Shown: positions 48,907-59,232 of the stretch, in pieces | Numbering within the stretch: position 1 is the stretch's first letter | How the letters are laid out: the number at the start of each line of letters is the position of its first letter | Origin: Candidatus Latescibacterota bacterium | GTDB taxonomy: Bacteria; Latescibacterota; CBDEFO01 | Length of the DNA: 64,000 nt | Direction: 5' to 3' | NCBI GenBank assembly: GCA_965248755.1 | Contig: OZ252149.1 | Location: 1,952,001 to 2,016,000 of the forward strand | Position numbers and translations under genes: made by a program | The notes under the pieces: generated by a model | The model's database searches: none | Told to the model about the DNA's origin: nothing | What the model saw: only the letters and a program-made list of their open reading frames with translations

Positions 48907-51900
48907 ATGCCAATTTGCCGTTCCATATTAAAGTCCTTAGGGGGGATATTCTTAGCTGTTCTGGTAATAGCGTCCCTATATACCCCCTCGGAAGCTCAGC
49001 TCAACCAGATAGAGACAGACCACTTCCGAATACTCTACAGGACCGGCACAGAGGGCACGGCAAGGAGAGTCGCAGAGGTAGCTGAAGAGGTCTTCGAGCC
49101 TATGGCGAGCGCCTTTAACTTCTACGACGATTTTTCCAGCCGCATCTACATCCTCATAATGGACAATACCGACAATTCAAACGGATATGCGGACTACAAC
49201 GCCGGCGTCATAGGGATCTGGGCGACAGGTATGGACTACGAGCTGAGAGGGACCCACAATTGGATAAGGCACGTGCTGACACACGAACTTGCCCACGTCC
49301 TATCTTTGAGAAAAGCCAGGAAGAACTGGTTCTTCAGATATGCACTTCTTCAGTGGCGGAGATCGGATAAAAACCCCGACATTAGTTTGAGCCTCCCCAT
49401 ATACCATCTGGCGACCCCGGGCTGGTTTGTGGAGGGCATAGCCCAGTTTGAGGACTACAAGATTGGCTACGATTCCTGGGATACACACAGAGACATGCTC
49501 CTGAGGATGGCGACTTTGGAGGACGATCTCCTCTCCTACAACGAGATGGGGATCTTTAGCAAAGATGGATTGCACTGGGAGATGATCTACAACCAGGGTT
49601 ACTCCTTTCTGCTTTACATACACGAAAGATTCGGAGAGGGGAAGGTGGAGGAGCTTGTGGAGAACGTCGGGATTTTGAACTTCAACTCATCCATAAGAAA
49701 GGTTACAGGAATGTCTGCCGGCGACCTCTATAAAGATTGGAAGAGGAGTCTGGAGAAGAAATACGGCGAGGTCGCAAGAAAGGTGCAGACCTCCGAAAGA
49801 GAAGGCGAAAAGATCATTGACGGCGGATACCTCGACTATTTTCCCAAATATTCACCCGACTCTAAGAAAATAGCTTACCTTTCCAACGAAGGAGAGGACT
49901 TCAGCTTCCTGAAGCTTAAGGTTCTTAACCTGGAGACCGGAAAACACAGGGTTATAATGGACAAATATAAGCGCGTTAACGGAGGATTTTCCTGGTCTCC
50001 CGATGGGGCAAACCTAATCTATACAAGATTCAAAAACAGCGGCTACCGCGACATTTTCATCTACGACCTTGAAGAGAAAAAGGAGAAGAGGATCAGCGCG
50101 AGACTGAGAGCTAAATATCCCGCTATATCCCCCGACGGGTCGAAAATAGCCTTTGTGAGGAACAGAGACGGCACCAACAACCTCGGCCTGATGGATGTAG
50201 ACGGCAAAAACATAGAATTCCTCACACACAACAACGACGCGACCCAATATTACAGCCCGCAGTGGTCCCCCGACGGAAAAAAGATCGCCTTTTCTGTGTT
50301 CAGAGGTGAGGACAGAGACATAGCTATCATAGATGCCGATGCCCCTACGTTCTCCAAAAAGGAGGCCAAAAAAGACGGAACATCCTTCCCCGACAGCGTG
50401 GCATATTCGGATAGCTCGGGCTTTGAGGCCATAATCAACAGCACAGCCGACGAGAGAGATCCCTGCTGGCTGCCTGACGGGAGCGGGCTCATCTACAGTT
50501 CGGATCAGGACGGCACCTTCAACATATACGAATACTCCCTTGAAAGCGGAGAGGTCCAAAAGATCTCCAACGTGGTTGGCGGGGCTTTCTGTCCCTCCAT
50601 TACTCACGACGGAGTGGAAATAGTCTATGCCGGATACCATGCTGCCGACTACAGCATCTATCGCCTGGAAAGAGACGGCTACGAAAAAGAAACAGACATC
50701 GCCTACGTAGCCGATAGGGACTACCAGAGTATATTCAACGGAGAAAAGCTGAGCAAGGAGTATAATATTGGAAAATACAGAGGGGATAGGTTCCTGTCCG
50801 GTTTTGTTCCTATCCTCTCCGTAACTCAGCCCTTCACCGGCGGCGACTTTGCGCCGAATGAGATTACCGGAGGTCTCTACACAAGCGTGGGAGATGTCAT
50901 CGGAAGAGACTTCTTGTCAGGGCAGGTTACCATAGGCAAGAACCTGAAGAGGCGCACTGGTATTAACACGGATTTCCGAATTTCCTATCGTATGGGACTC
51001 CCTCGAGTCCGTTCAGAACGTAAAGCGTTCGATCCGAGCCCCTTCGTCTACTTCCGCAACCTCACCCTTAACAGACTAATCGAATTCAGCGCTCCTCCGG
51101 ACACGCTGGCTCGCGTCTCCCCCTGGCCCTTCCCTATTGGCACCGACGATCCTGACTCTTCTGTTTTTATCCCTGATGCAAGTGGAGTCATCGTTTCTCC
51201 ACTGAAGGGTGACTTCACGTTCAAGAATAAATACAGAATCTTCTTTATAGGTTCCGATTTCAGGATCACTGGAAGGCAGTCCCTCTCATTTGGGTTTGCA
51301 AACCTGAGATTCACCGAAAGGCGCAGGGATGTAGATTTTGTCCGTGTGGTCGAGCCCCGTATCCTCCGCAGGGGCGCAGACGGAAGCGTCCAAGACATAA
51401 CCGATCAACTATCAGGTACTGCAAGGCATGACCTCACACACCAGACGGCGGATATATTCGGGGTCTCCGAGTCCGACGTAGATACTACGGTCAACTTCGA
51501 CGATATAGATGTCTACGGCGCCAAGGAGGACTTAGCATACTTCAAGAGCAACGATTTCACGGTATCCTGGAGGTATTTCAAGCGCAATCCCAAGAAGGAC
51601 TTCTTGATAAACCCCACAGGAAGGTCAATTCAGCTCAGTTTTACAAGGTTGCATTCCACTGTGGCCGATTCGCTGATAACGCTCAATTCAATTGACGGAA
51701 GGGCGGTTGACATCTTAGGATCCGACGAGACGAAATTAGGCATAAACCAGTACATGTTCAACTGGAACGAACGCATCGGACTTCCGGGAAGGACTACGTT
51801 CTCCCTTTGGAGCAGGATCAGATACAGGGACAAAGAGATAAAACAGCCTCCGCCTGCCGATAGTAGAAATCTCTTTGAAGGATTCTTCTTCTGGCCCTTG

Positions 51901-52332
51901 AGATTCTACCTGGGCGGTTGGGAGAACTTAAGAGGCTATCCCTACTTCACGCTCGAAGGGCCACAGGACTTCTTCACACGAGCCTCCTTCACCTTCCCCG
52001 TCTTCCAGAACATAAATACCCACTTCTGGAATATGCACTTTGATAAGCTCTACGCCACCGTTTTCTTCGACACAGGAGCCTCGTGGAACTTTGAGACGTT
52101 TGGCGAGCTTAGAGACAACATCAGATCAGAAGACTTTCTGACAGACGTGGGCCTGGAGATAAACATCCAGATGTTCACCTTCTACCGACTCCCCTTGAGA
52201 GCCTTCTTTATCGTAGCTCGCCCGCTTAACATGGATAGGGCCAAGAGGATAATCTCGGAGACTGACGGAACCCCTATTAATTTAATAGAGATTGATAGAT
52301 ACAGATACCTCTTTGGCATTAATTTCTTCTGA
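48907..52332 (+). CDS. Secreted/OM protein: gluzincin (peptidase MA-like) domain, TolB/PD40 beta-propeller and C-terminal BamA-like beta-barrel
   Basis: Signal peptide; HELAH..EGIA; SPDG repeats; LGGWENLRGY; C-terminal Phe. Confidence 0.8.
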   Translation: MPICRSILKSLGGIFLAVLVIASLYTPSEAQLNQIETDHFRILYRTGTEGTARRVAEVAEEVFEPMASAFNFYDDFSSRIYILIMDNTDNSNGYADYNAGVIGIWATGMDYELRGTHNWIRHVLTHELAHVLSLRKARKNWFFRYALLQWRRSDKNPDISLSLPIYHLATPGWFVEGIAQFEDYKIGYDSWDTHRDMLLRMATLEDDLLSYNEMGIFSKDGLHWEMIYNQGYSFLLYIHERFGEGKVEELVENVGILNFNSSIRKVTGMSAGDLYKDWKRSLEKKYGEVARKVQTSEREGEKIIDGGYLDYFPKYSPDSKKIAYLSNEGEDFSFLKLKVLNLETGKHRVIMDKYKRVNGGFSWSPDGANLIYTRFKNSGYRDIFIYDLEEKKEKRISARLRAKYPAISPDGSKIAFVRNRDGTNNLGLMDVDGKNIEFLTHNNDATQYYSPQWSPDGKKIAFSVFRGEDRDIAIIDADAPTFSKKEAKKDGTSFPDSVAYSDSSGFEAIINSTADERDPCWLPDGSGLIYSSDQDGTFNIYEYSLESGEVQKISNVVGGAFCPSITHDGVEIVYAGYHAADYSIYRLERDGYEKETDIAYVADRDYQSIFNGEKLSKEYNIGKYRGDRFLSGFVPILSVTQPFTGGDFAPNEITGGLYTSVGDVIGRDFLSGQVTIGKNLKRRTGINTDFRISYRMGLPRVRSERKAFDPSPFVYFRNLTLNRLIEFSAPPDTLARVSPWPFPIGTDDPDSSVFIPDASGVIVSPLKGDFTFKNKYRIFFIGSDFRITGRQSLSFGFANLRFTERRRDVDFVRVVEPRILRRGADGSVQDITDQLSGTARHDLTHQTADIFGVSESDVDTTVNFDDIDVYGAKEDLAYFKSNDFTVSWRYFKRNPKKDFLINPTGRSIQLSFTRLHSTVADSLITLNSIDGRAVDILGSDETKLGINQYMFNWNERIGLPGRTTFSLWSRIRYRDKEIKQPPPADSRNLFEGFFFWPLRFYLGGWENLRGYPYFTLEGPQDFFTRASFTFPVFQNINTHFWNMHFDKLYATVFFDTGASWNFETFGELRDNIRSEDFLTDVGLEINIQMFTFYRLPLRAFFIVARPLNMDRAKRIISETDGTPINLIEIDRYRYLFGINFF

Positions 52333-52354
52333 TCCTGTCCCAAGATATGGATCG

Positions 52355-52391
52355 AAAATCCCTCAAGGAGTCGTCCTTGGGGGATTTTTTT
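52355..52391 (+). terminator. Intrinsic terminator
   Basis: AAAATCCCTCAAGGA..TCCTTGGGGGATTTTTTT. Confidence 0.8.
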
Positions 52392-52421
52392 GCCCTATAT
52401 TATACAGGGTCTACTGTCCAC

Positions 52422-52452
52422 TGTAGGGCGAAGACGTGGGTTCGCCCCTACA
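52422..52452. repeat. GTAG-type REP-like hairpin
   Basis: TGTAGGGCGAA..TTCGCCCCTACA. Confidence 0.65.
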
Positions 52453-52573
52453 TATATGGAGACGAATTTCCTTGACATATGGTGTTGATTTTTTTAGTTT
52501 TCATTTGGTCTCAAGACTCTTGTAGATAAAACGGATTAGATTCTTTTCCCTCGCTGGAAGGTGAAGACGCCTG

Positions 52574-52735
52574 ATGAGCAGGAAAGATACAGACAAAACA
52601 CCATACTTGAAAAGACAGTTATTCGGTCTTGTGCTGGGGGTAGTGCTTTTTATCCTTATGCTTTCCACTCCGACGCCCCAGAGAATGTCGTCCGAAGCCC
52701 AGAGCGAAGCGAAGGGTCAGCGAAGCAATCTCAAT
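52574..52735 (+). pseudogene. N-terminal stump of a probable SLC13/DASS transporter ending in a REP-like repeat
   Basis: RQLFGLVLGVVLFILMLSTPTP, then GAGCGAAGCGAAGGG..GCGAAGCAATCTC. Confidence 0.5.
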
Positions 52736-52767
52736 ATGATGGACCAGACGCTTAAGGAGGTCAGACT

Positions 52768-53157
52768 GTGGCACAAAATGGGGAGGCGCTTACCGAAGAA
52801 CAGATGAACGAAATCGTATTTTTTCAGTTAGTGGCTATGTTTCAAAGCGCAGCCATGCAGCAGCTGGGAAAACTTATGAATCCCGTAACTAACAAGATCG
52901 AAAAAGACCTCGAACAGGCCAAAAATTCTATAGACATACTCGGAATGCTCGAAGTCAAGACCGAAGGAAACCTGAGCGAAAAGGAAAAACAGTTCTTAGA
53001 ACACGTCCTCTTTGAGCTCAGAATGAACTACGTTGATGAAGTGGACAAGCTGAAAAAGGAAAAGACCGAAGATGAGAGAGAGGATGAGGAAAAGGACAAT
53101 GGAGAAGAGAGTCCAGAACAAACGGAAGGCGAAGGTGAAGGGGATACCCCATGTTAG
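52768..53157 (+). CDS. DUF1844-family protein
   Basis: AMQQLG..NP...DLEQAKNSIDILGML..KT.GNL...LRMNYV; AAGGAGG RBS. Confidence 0.85.
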   Translation: MAQNGEALTEEQMNEIVFFQLVAMFQSAAMQQLGKLMNPVTNKIEKDLEQAKNSIDILGMLEVKTEGNLSEKEKQFLEHVLFELRMNYVDEVDKLKKEKTEDEREDEEKDNGEESPEQTEGEGEGDTPC

Positions 53158-53201
53158 CCTCCACCTTTGCCTTTCTACTTTGAGAGGGGTGATGGGAGGA
53201 G

Positions 53202-54305
53202 ATGCATATCTATCCGTTGAAATTCTACGACATCTTTAAGGAAGCTGTATGGGGGGATAGAAACCTTGCGAAAGTTCTGGACAAGAAGCTCCCGGGCCGC
53301 AAGAGGATAGGGGAATCCTGGGAGATAGCGGACCTTGGAGAGGATGTCAGCAGGATCGAAAATGGCCCCTACAAGGGCTGGACTCTTAATTCCCTCTGTC
53401 GAAAATTTCCAAAGGAGCTTTTGGGATATCAGGTCGATATTGAGAAAAGTGAAGGTTTTCCCCTTTTAATCAAATTCCTCGACTCGGAAGAGAAGCTATC
53501 CGTCCAGGTCCATCCCGACGATTGTTGTGCTCAAAAGAACGAGCGAGGTAAGTTCGGAAAGACCGAGATGTGGTACGTGATCCACGCTCAAAGGGGAGCT
53601 CAGATCGTCTATGGACTTAAAAGTGGAGTAGAAAAAGAACAATTCGTCCATGCGATAGAGAGTGGCAAGATAGAGGGTAGCCTCAAAACGGTAAGCGTAA
53701 AACCCGGAGACGCACTTTTCGTCCCTCCCGGATGCGTCCACTCTATCGGTGGCGGAATCATCGTTTATGAAACACAGCAGTCCTCCAACGTTACCTACCG
53801 CCTCTACGATTGGGGAAGGGCAGGCTTGAACGGAAAGCCCAGACAACTGCATATCGCCGAGGCATTAGATGTGGTAGACTTCGAGTTTATGGGTGATCCT
53901 CTACAGGCATTCCCTACTGTTGACAGAGACGGATGCCGGAAAAGTTACATCGCCGCCTGCAGATATTTCGCCGTCGAACTGATCACTTGTGCCAAATTTA
54001 TAATCGAGGATACACACAGTCGCTCCTTTCACGCTCTATCTGCACTTGAAGGGAGCGGACGCATATACGTTGACGACTATTTCCAAGGCGGTGGCAGATC
54101 GCAACGGATAAGAAAAGGCGAAACCGTACTTATTCCAGCAGCAGCAGGCATTTACACTATTGAGCCTGATGTATCCCTTAAATTCATCAAGACGTATGTG
54201 CCTGACCTTTCAAAGGACATCATCTCCCCTTTGAAGGCGGCTGCCGTAACCCGCAGCCAGATACTAAGCCTCGGTGCAAGCCATGACCTGGAAGCGTTGC
54301 TATAG
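53202..54305 (+). CDS. manA: Type I mannose-6-phosphate isomerase
   Basis: WG, GESWE, LSVQVHP, KTEMWY and QQSSNVTYRLYD motifs. Confidence 0.9.
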   Translation: MHIYPLKFYDIFKEAVWGDRNLAKVLDKKLPGRKRIGESWEIADLGEDVSRIENGPYKGWTLNSLCRKFPKELLGYQVDIEKSEGFPLLIKFLDSEEKLSVQVHPDDCCAQKNERGKFGKTEMWYVIHAQRGAQIVYGLKSGVEKEQFVHAIESGKIEGSLKTVSVKPGDALFVPPGCVHSIGGGIIVYETQQSSNVTYRLYDWGRAGLNGKPRQLHIAEALDVVDFEFMGDPLQAFPTVDRDGCRKSYIAACRYFAVELITCAKFIIEDTHSRSFHALSALEGSGRIYVDDYFQGGGRSQRIRKGETVLIPAAAGIYTIEPDVSLKFIKTYVPDLSKDIISPLKAAAVTRSQILSLGASHDLEALL

Positions 54306-54344
54306 ACACGATAAGTCCATCTTTACTTTTGTCGTGCCATTAAG

Positions 54345-54725
54345 ATGAACATGCTCACCCTCCCCGATAAGATCTTGATAGGGGCGCTGTTAATTGCAGG
54401 TCTGGTCAGCGTACCTGTCCTTGCCGCCTTAATGGAAGAGGGAGACTTGCTGATCGTCCAGAGAGATGGCCGCCTCTTCGGAGAATATCCTCTCAAAGCT
54501 GAAAACACACTTACAATATCAGGTCCCCTTGGGGACACTATAGTCAGTGTAGGAAGAGGGAGTGCGAAAGTAATAGATTCTCCGTGCCCTTTTAGGATAT
54601 GCGTCAGGACAGGATGGATACACAGAGGAGGACAGATAGCAGCTTGCATCCCCAACAAGATAGTCTTGATAATATCCAAAGGGACAGCAAAAGGATGGAA
54701 AGAGCCCGACGCCATATCCAGGTGA
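54345..54725 (+). CDS. NusG domain II-containing membrane-anchored protein
   Basis: N-terminal TM; SPCP..ICV..GWI......CIPNK. Confidence 0.85.
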   Translation: MNMLTLPDKILIGALLIAGLVSVPVLAALMEEGDLLIVQRDGRLFGEYPLKAENTLTISGPLGDTIVSVGRGSAKVIDSPCPFRICVRTGWIHRGGQIAACIPNKIVLIISKGTAKGWKEPDAISR

Positions 54726-55288
54726 AACCGCACCACAAAGGAGGCATATCCTCCGCAGTGGCATCATCGCCTGCAGAGAGGATAACCAGGATAGCCCTGC
54801 TGTCCTCGGCAGGACTGATCCTCTTTGTCTTCGAGGCCTACGTCCCCAGGCCTTTTCCCTGGATGAAGCTCGGACTGGGAAATATAACGACGCTCCTCTG
54901 TCTCTATATGTACGGGATCAAGGACGCCTCCTTGGTCACAGGGGTCAGGATATTCTTCGGCGGGCTCTTTTCAGGCTCATTTTTGGGTCCAACTTTCATA
55001 CTCAGCCTGGGAGGAGCTATCGTAAGCCTGACGGCGATGAGTCTTGTTGAGAAAAGATTGGGAAGGTATTTTAGTCCAGTAGGCGTGAGCGTATTCGGCG
55101 CTTTAGGCCACAACATAGCCCAGCTTGTTTTGGCATATCTGGTTATAATAAAAAGTGTTAAGATCATCTTTCTTCTACCTATGTTCCTCCTCTCCAGCGT
55201 CGGCACGGGGGCTATTATAGGAATCCTTGTATATCTTGCGCTCGGCAAACTAGAGCCACTCTATAGCGATGGAAATGTCGCTATCTAA
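54722..55288 (+). CDS. Gx transporter family (heptaprenyl-PP synthase component I-like)
   Basis: E...P.P.P..KLGLGN, S..GA..HN.AQL; GTG start overlaps the previous stop. Confidence 0.85.
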   Translation: MKPHHKGGISSAVASSPAERITRIALLSSAGLILFVFEAYVPRPFPWMKLGLGNITTLLCLYMYGIKDASLVTGVRIFFGGLFSGSFLGPTFILSLGGAIVSLTAMSLVEKRLGRYFSPVGVSVFGALGHNIAQLVLAYLVIIKSVKIIFLLPMFLLSSVGTGAIIGILVYLALGKLEPLYSDGNVAI

Positions 55289-55290
55289 AG

Positions 55291-56496
55291 GTGGTGCAAC
55301 GTGAACTCCGACTGCGACTAGTGCTTTGGATTATGGGCAAATACATTCGAAGAATTCGGCAGTTTATATTGCGAGTCAAAGTCTTTGTTCTTGCTGCCTT
55401 GATGCTCACAGTTATGTTCCTCGGCGCTTTCGTCTTCCTTACGCTCGAGAAGGCGAGCAACGAGAACCTCACGTTCTGGAACTCTGTCTATTGGGCTATG
55501 GTCACAATGACGACCGCCGGCTACGGGGACATGACAGCATGGAGCAAAGTAGCCAGCGGCGCCATCGCATACTCGGGGATGATCCTAATCTCGCTTTTGA
55601 CAGCTACAATAGCCTCAATCATGACTGCAAGGAGAATAAAGGAGGGGAGAGGTTTGGAAAGCGTAACATCGGAAGGACACATAGTTATCTGCGGATGGAA
55701 CCATCACGCTGATGAAGTCATAGGCGGTTTAATCAAACTCGAGGCCGCCAAAAGTGCAGATCTTTTGATAATAAACGATCTGCCTGAAGAGGAGGTCAAC
55801 GAAATCCTATTTAGATACCGCGATAGAGGACTCTCCTATGTCAGAGGGGACTTCGTTCAGGAGAGCGTTCTTAAAAGGGCCAATATCTCAGGGGCGCGAG
55901 CCGCTATAGTCCTTGCACAGACGCAGGAGGGCGACCTAAGGGCTAACACCGACGAACGCACGATTTTTGCCACGCTCGCCATCAAGACGATCAAACCTGA
56001 AGTTAAGGTCTGCGCGGAGATTCTGGATTCGGAAAACGCACAGCATCTGCGCCGCGCAGACGTGGACGACATCATAATAAGAGGGGAGTACAGCGGCTTT
56101 TTACTGGCATCTGCCGCCGTGTCCTCCGGTATAACCGAAGCTGTGAGAGAACTCTTGACCTACGACCCCGGAAACGAAATCTGGCGCACCGACATACCCA
56201 AAAAATATGTGGGAAAGACATTCAAAGAATTGGCCTTTTATTACAGAGAGCGATTCAAAGCCATACTTATCGGGATCATAGCAGAGGAACAGGGAATCCC
56301 CTTGGAGGACATGATCAGTGACGACACTTCGCAGATAGATCAATTCATAAAAAGAGAGTTCCTTTTGGCCGGTAGGGACATAAGCGCAGAAACTAAAAAG
56401 AAAGCGGAGACGATAGTAAACCCCGATGATGATTATGAGATACTCGAAGACGATAAAGCTATAGTGATAGCCCGTGACCGTATCACAATAAAGTAG
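55291..56496 (+). CDS. Potassium channel with RCK/TrkA-N domain (start may be the ATG at 55333)
   Basis: TMTTAGYGD filter; HIVICGWN and LKRANI..A RCK motifs. Confidence 0.88.
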   Translation: MVQRELRLRLVLWIMGKYIRRIRQFILRVKVFVLAALMLTVMFLGAFVFLTLEKASNENLTFWNSVYWAMVTMTTAGYGDMTAWSKVASGAIAYSGMILISLLTATIASIMTARRIKEGRGLESVTSEGHIVICGWNHHADEVIGGLIKLEAAKSADLLIINDLPEEEVNEILFRYRDRGLSYVRGDFVQESVLKRANISGARAAIVLAQTQEGDLRANTDERTIFATLAIKTIKPEVKVCAEILDSENAQHLRRADVDDIIIRGEYSGFLLASAAVSSGITEAVRELLTYDPGNEIWRTDIPKKYVGKTFKELAFYYRERFKAILIGIIAEEQGIPLEDMISDDTSQIDQFIKREFLLAGRDISAETKKKAETIVNPDDDYEILEDDKAIVIARDRITIK

Positions 56497-56542
56497 TCAG
56501 ATGCCCTCAAGAAGCGTATAGATCAGGCAAATCGAGCAGGCT

Positions 56543-57085
56543 ATGAACCGAGACATCACTATAGGGACAAAGACGGAGTCTAAGGAAGTAGAATTCTTAA
56601 GACAGGTGCCCATTTTCTCAGACCTCTCGGACGGGCAGATAGCCAAGCTCCTCACTGTCGTCTCCCAGACAAAATTCAAAGAAGGGGACGCTATTATCAG
56701 CGAAGGAGAAATCGGAAACACGATGTATATACTCCTGGACGGCAGGGTTGAGGTCTCCAAATCTTTAACACTCAAGGTCTCTCGACAAGAATTTGAAGAG
56801 AGAGAAAAGTCCTTCATCCGCCTTGAGGGGAAAGACCACGCCTGCTTTGGAGAGATGGCTATGCTCGACAGCGACGAACGCTCTGCTACGGTGGTGGCTC
56901 TTACGGAATGCACCGTATTTGTCATCGAAAGGGACAACCTTGAAAGGCTCTTAAAAGAAGACTCCAATATCGGCTATCTCATCTACAAGGAGTTCGCTCA
57001 ACTTATATCAGGACGCCTTAGAGCCGCAAATAGAGATGTCCTAAAGCTCACCACAGCTCTGAGCTTATCCCTGACGGGAAGATAG
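56543..57085 (+). CDS. Stand-alone cyclic-nucleotide-binding domain protein
   Basis: EGE.G..MY....G.V, FGEMA and RSATV motifs; no HTH. Confidence 0.88.
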   Translation: MNRDITIGTKTESKEVEFLRQVPIFSDLSDGQIAKLLTVVSQTKFKEGDAIISEGEIGNTMYILLDGRVEVSKSLTLKVSRQEFEEREKSFIRLEGKDHACFGEMAMLDSDERSATVVALTECTVFVIERDNLERLLKEDSNIGYLIYKEFAQLISGRLRAANRDVLKLTTALSLSLTGR

Positions 57086-57161
57086 CTCCAAAGAACTAAA
57101 CAGCATACAGGGAAGGAAGGGGCAGTCGCCGTCTACTGTTCTTGAGGAAAGGAAGCCAAAG

Positions 57162-57656
57162 ATGATAATAGCGGTTATCAGCGACACGCACGATAACGTC
57201 TGGAATCTATCCAAAGCTCTGGGTGCTATTGAAGAGAGAAAGGCGGAAGTTCTGATCCACTGTGGCGACTACTGTGCTCCTTTCATCATAGACCAGCTGA
57301 GCCAATTTTCAGGTCCTATGCACGGCGTCTTTGGCAACGTTGATGGAGATATATACCTTCTGACCACAAAATCCACTTCCACAGACAACATTACACTTCA
57401 CGGAAGGATAGCTGACGTAGAGATCGATGGCAAGAAGATCGCTGTACATCACTTTCCCGACCTTGCCCGTTCCCTGGCCGCCTCGGGAGATTACAACGTC
57501 GTATTCTACGGGCACACACACGTCCAATCGGTCGAAGAATTAAACGAGACAAAACTGGTCAACCCCGGTGAGATAATGGGGAATAAGGGAGAGCCGTCTT
57601 TTTGTCTCTACGATACCGAGACGGGGGAGATTGAGAGGATAGCTCTTAAGATATGA
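57162..57656 (+). CDS. YfcE-like metallophosphoesterase
   Basis: SDTHDN, HCGD, GNVD, GHTH and NPG motifs. Confidence 0.9.
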   Translation: MIIAVISDTHDNVWNLSKALGAIEERKAEVLIHCGDYCAPFIIDQLSQFSGPMHGVFGNVDGDIYLLTTKSTSTDNITLHGRIADVEIDGKKIAVHHFPDLARSLAASGDYNVVFYGHTHVQSVEELNETKLVNPGEIMGNKGEPSFCLYDTETGEIERIALKI

Positions 57657-57783
57657 AATAGACTGCTTATATCGAAGCTATAAAGCGTCATCGCCTCCAA
57701 GGACAAAATGGGAGGTGCACCCTTTGTTGGACGCGACAAGGTGGGCGTTTGCAAACGATCTTCGCATAGGAGGAAGTAGGACA

Positions 57784-57891
57784 ATGCCGATGAGTCCGCA
57801 AGAGAGAATGATGACTGCCCTGAGAAGGGAGGAGCTGGATCGAGTTCCTTATTGTGAACTGGGGATAGACCGGGACCTTGCCCGAAGGTGA
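57784..57891 (+). pseudogene. N-terminal stump of a uroporphyrinogen-decarboxylase-family protein
   Basis: MSPQERMMTALRREELDRVPYCE matches the MTxxER...PDRVP start; truncated. Confidence 0.55.
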
Positions 57892-58280
57892 TGGGGTGGA
57901 GAGATCCTGAGGATCAAAAGGACAGGTCGGTAGTTAGCTCTGGGTCCGTCTACACGTAGGTTTGATGGCGTAAGGCTCTGCTGATTAATCGCGTTTCTAC
58001 GTCCTCACAAAGATATCAATACAATCCATCTGAACAAAATGCTATGCCCCATCGGTACGGTTGCACGGCTCTGTCTTCTGGCTCATCCTGATAGTCCACA
58101 ACTGGTGATGCTTCCCAATTCATTCGTCAAACCCGGTGCCCGGCGCGGGTTTGTCTCGTTCTGCGCTGCGGTCCACATCTTTGCAGCTTCGACACAGTGC
58201 TCATTTTACCCTAACTAACTGACCGTGGGGCGACGCTGATCCGCTGGCGGCCCTGAGAGTCAGATTGAGGAGTCCTATTC

Positions 58281-59093
58281 ATGCAATGGGAACAACTTCG
58301 AGCCGATCAGTTTGAGCAAGCTGTGAAGGATACGGGCGGCGTGTGCATAGTCCCGGTAGGCGTCCTCGAATACCACGGCAATCACTTACCTCTGGGAAAC
58401 GATGCCATCATCGCCCGTTACGTCTCGGCTGAGGTCGCCAAGCTCGCTCCGGCCATTGTCTTCCCCGTCATCCATTTCTCCAGCAACTTCGAAGCCAAAG
58501 CTGTGCCCGGAGGGATAGTCATAGACAATCATCTGCTCTTTCCTCTATTCGAAAATGTCTGCGACGAGATCGCCCGCAACGGCTGCAAGAAGATCATCTT
58601 CGTCAGTGGGCACGGTGGCAACAAGTGGTTTCTGCCGCAGTTTGTCATGTCTATGCTCGACAAAGGCAAGGACTGGGTGCCTTACTACTGCGACGCCCGG
58701 GGCAAGGACCCCGATGCAGTCGGCGGTTACATGAACAAAGACCTGTTCTACGAGATCTTTGAGTCTTCAGATTACGGGCACGCCTGCGAGTGGGAGACCA
58801 GTGAGATGCTGCACATCCATCCCGACCTGGTGGACATGGACGAAGCCAGGCAGGTAAATGAGCCACCACGCGAAGACTTGGATCATCTGAAGCATATGTA
58901 TACCCCGATGGCGTGGATCTCCATGCAGCCGCAACTGACGCGCGGCACGCCCGGCAGTTCCACGGCCGAGAAAGGCCGCATATTCCTCCAGGATCAGATC
59001 AGAACACTCGCTGAAATGGTCACCGCGGTCAAGGAAGACCAGCGTGCTCGCGAGATCTATGACGACTATAATCGGCGTATCTACCGGCGCTAA
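58281..59093 (+). CDS. Creatininase-family amidohydrolase
   Basis: EYHGNHLPLGND, SGHGGN and HACEWETS motifs. Confidence 0.9.
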   Translation: MQWEQLRADQFEQAVKDTGGVCIVPVGVLEYHGNHLPLGNDAIIARYVSAEVAKLAPAIVFPVIHFSSNFEAKAVPGGIVIDNHLLFPLFENVCDEIARNGCKKIIFVSGHGGNKWFLPQFVMSMLDKGKDWVPYYCDARGKDPDAVGGYMNKDLFYEIFESSDYGHACEWETSEMLHIHPDLVDMDEARQVNEPPREDLDHLKHMYTPMAWISMQPQLTRGTPGSSTAEKGRIFLQDQIRTLAEMVTAVKEDQRAREIYDDYNRRIYRR

Positions 59094-59232
59094 AGGACAA
59101 GACATCTTGCCCTTAGGAACCTTCACGCCAACCACTCTGGCAACTGACAATGTGTGCAACGTCATCTGAATAACCGACGTCTACCGAACGGACGATCGTG
59201 GAGAAATCTTCACTTTTCTGATAGGCTGCCTT

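Noticed and set aside
54361..54384. TCCCCGATAAGATCTTGATAGGGG as another palindrome copy
   Set aside because: Loop length and sequence do not match, and it encodes the ordinary PDKILIG start of the NusG-II protein.
57900..58270. Possible riboswitch upstream of the creatininase gene
   Set aside because: Only a generic hairpin (AAACCCG..CGGGTTT) is visible, with no conserved riboswitch motif I can recognise.
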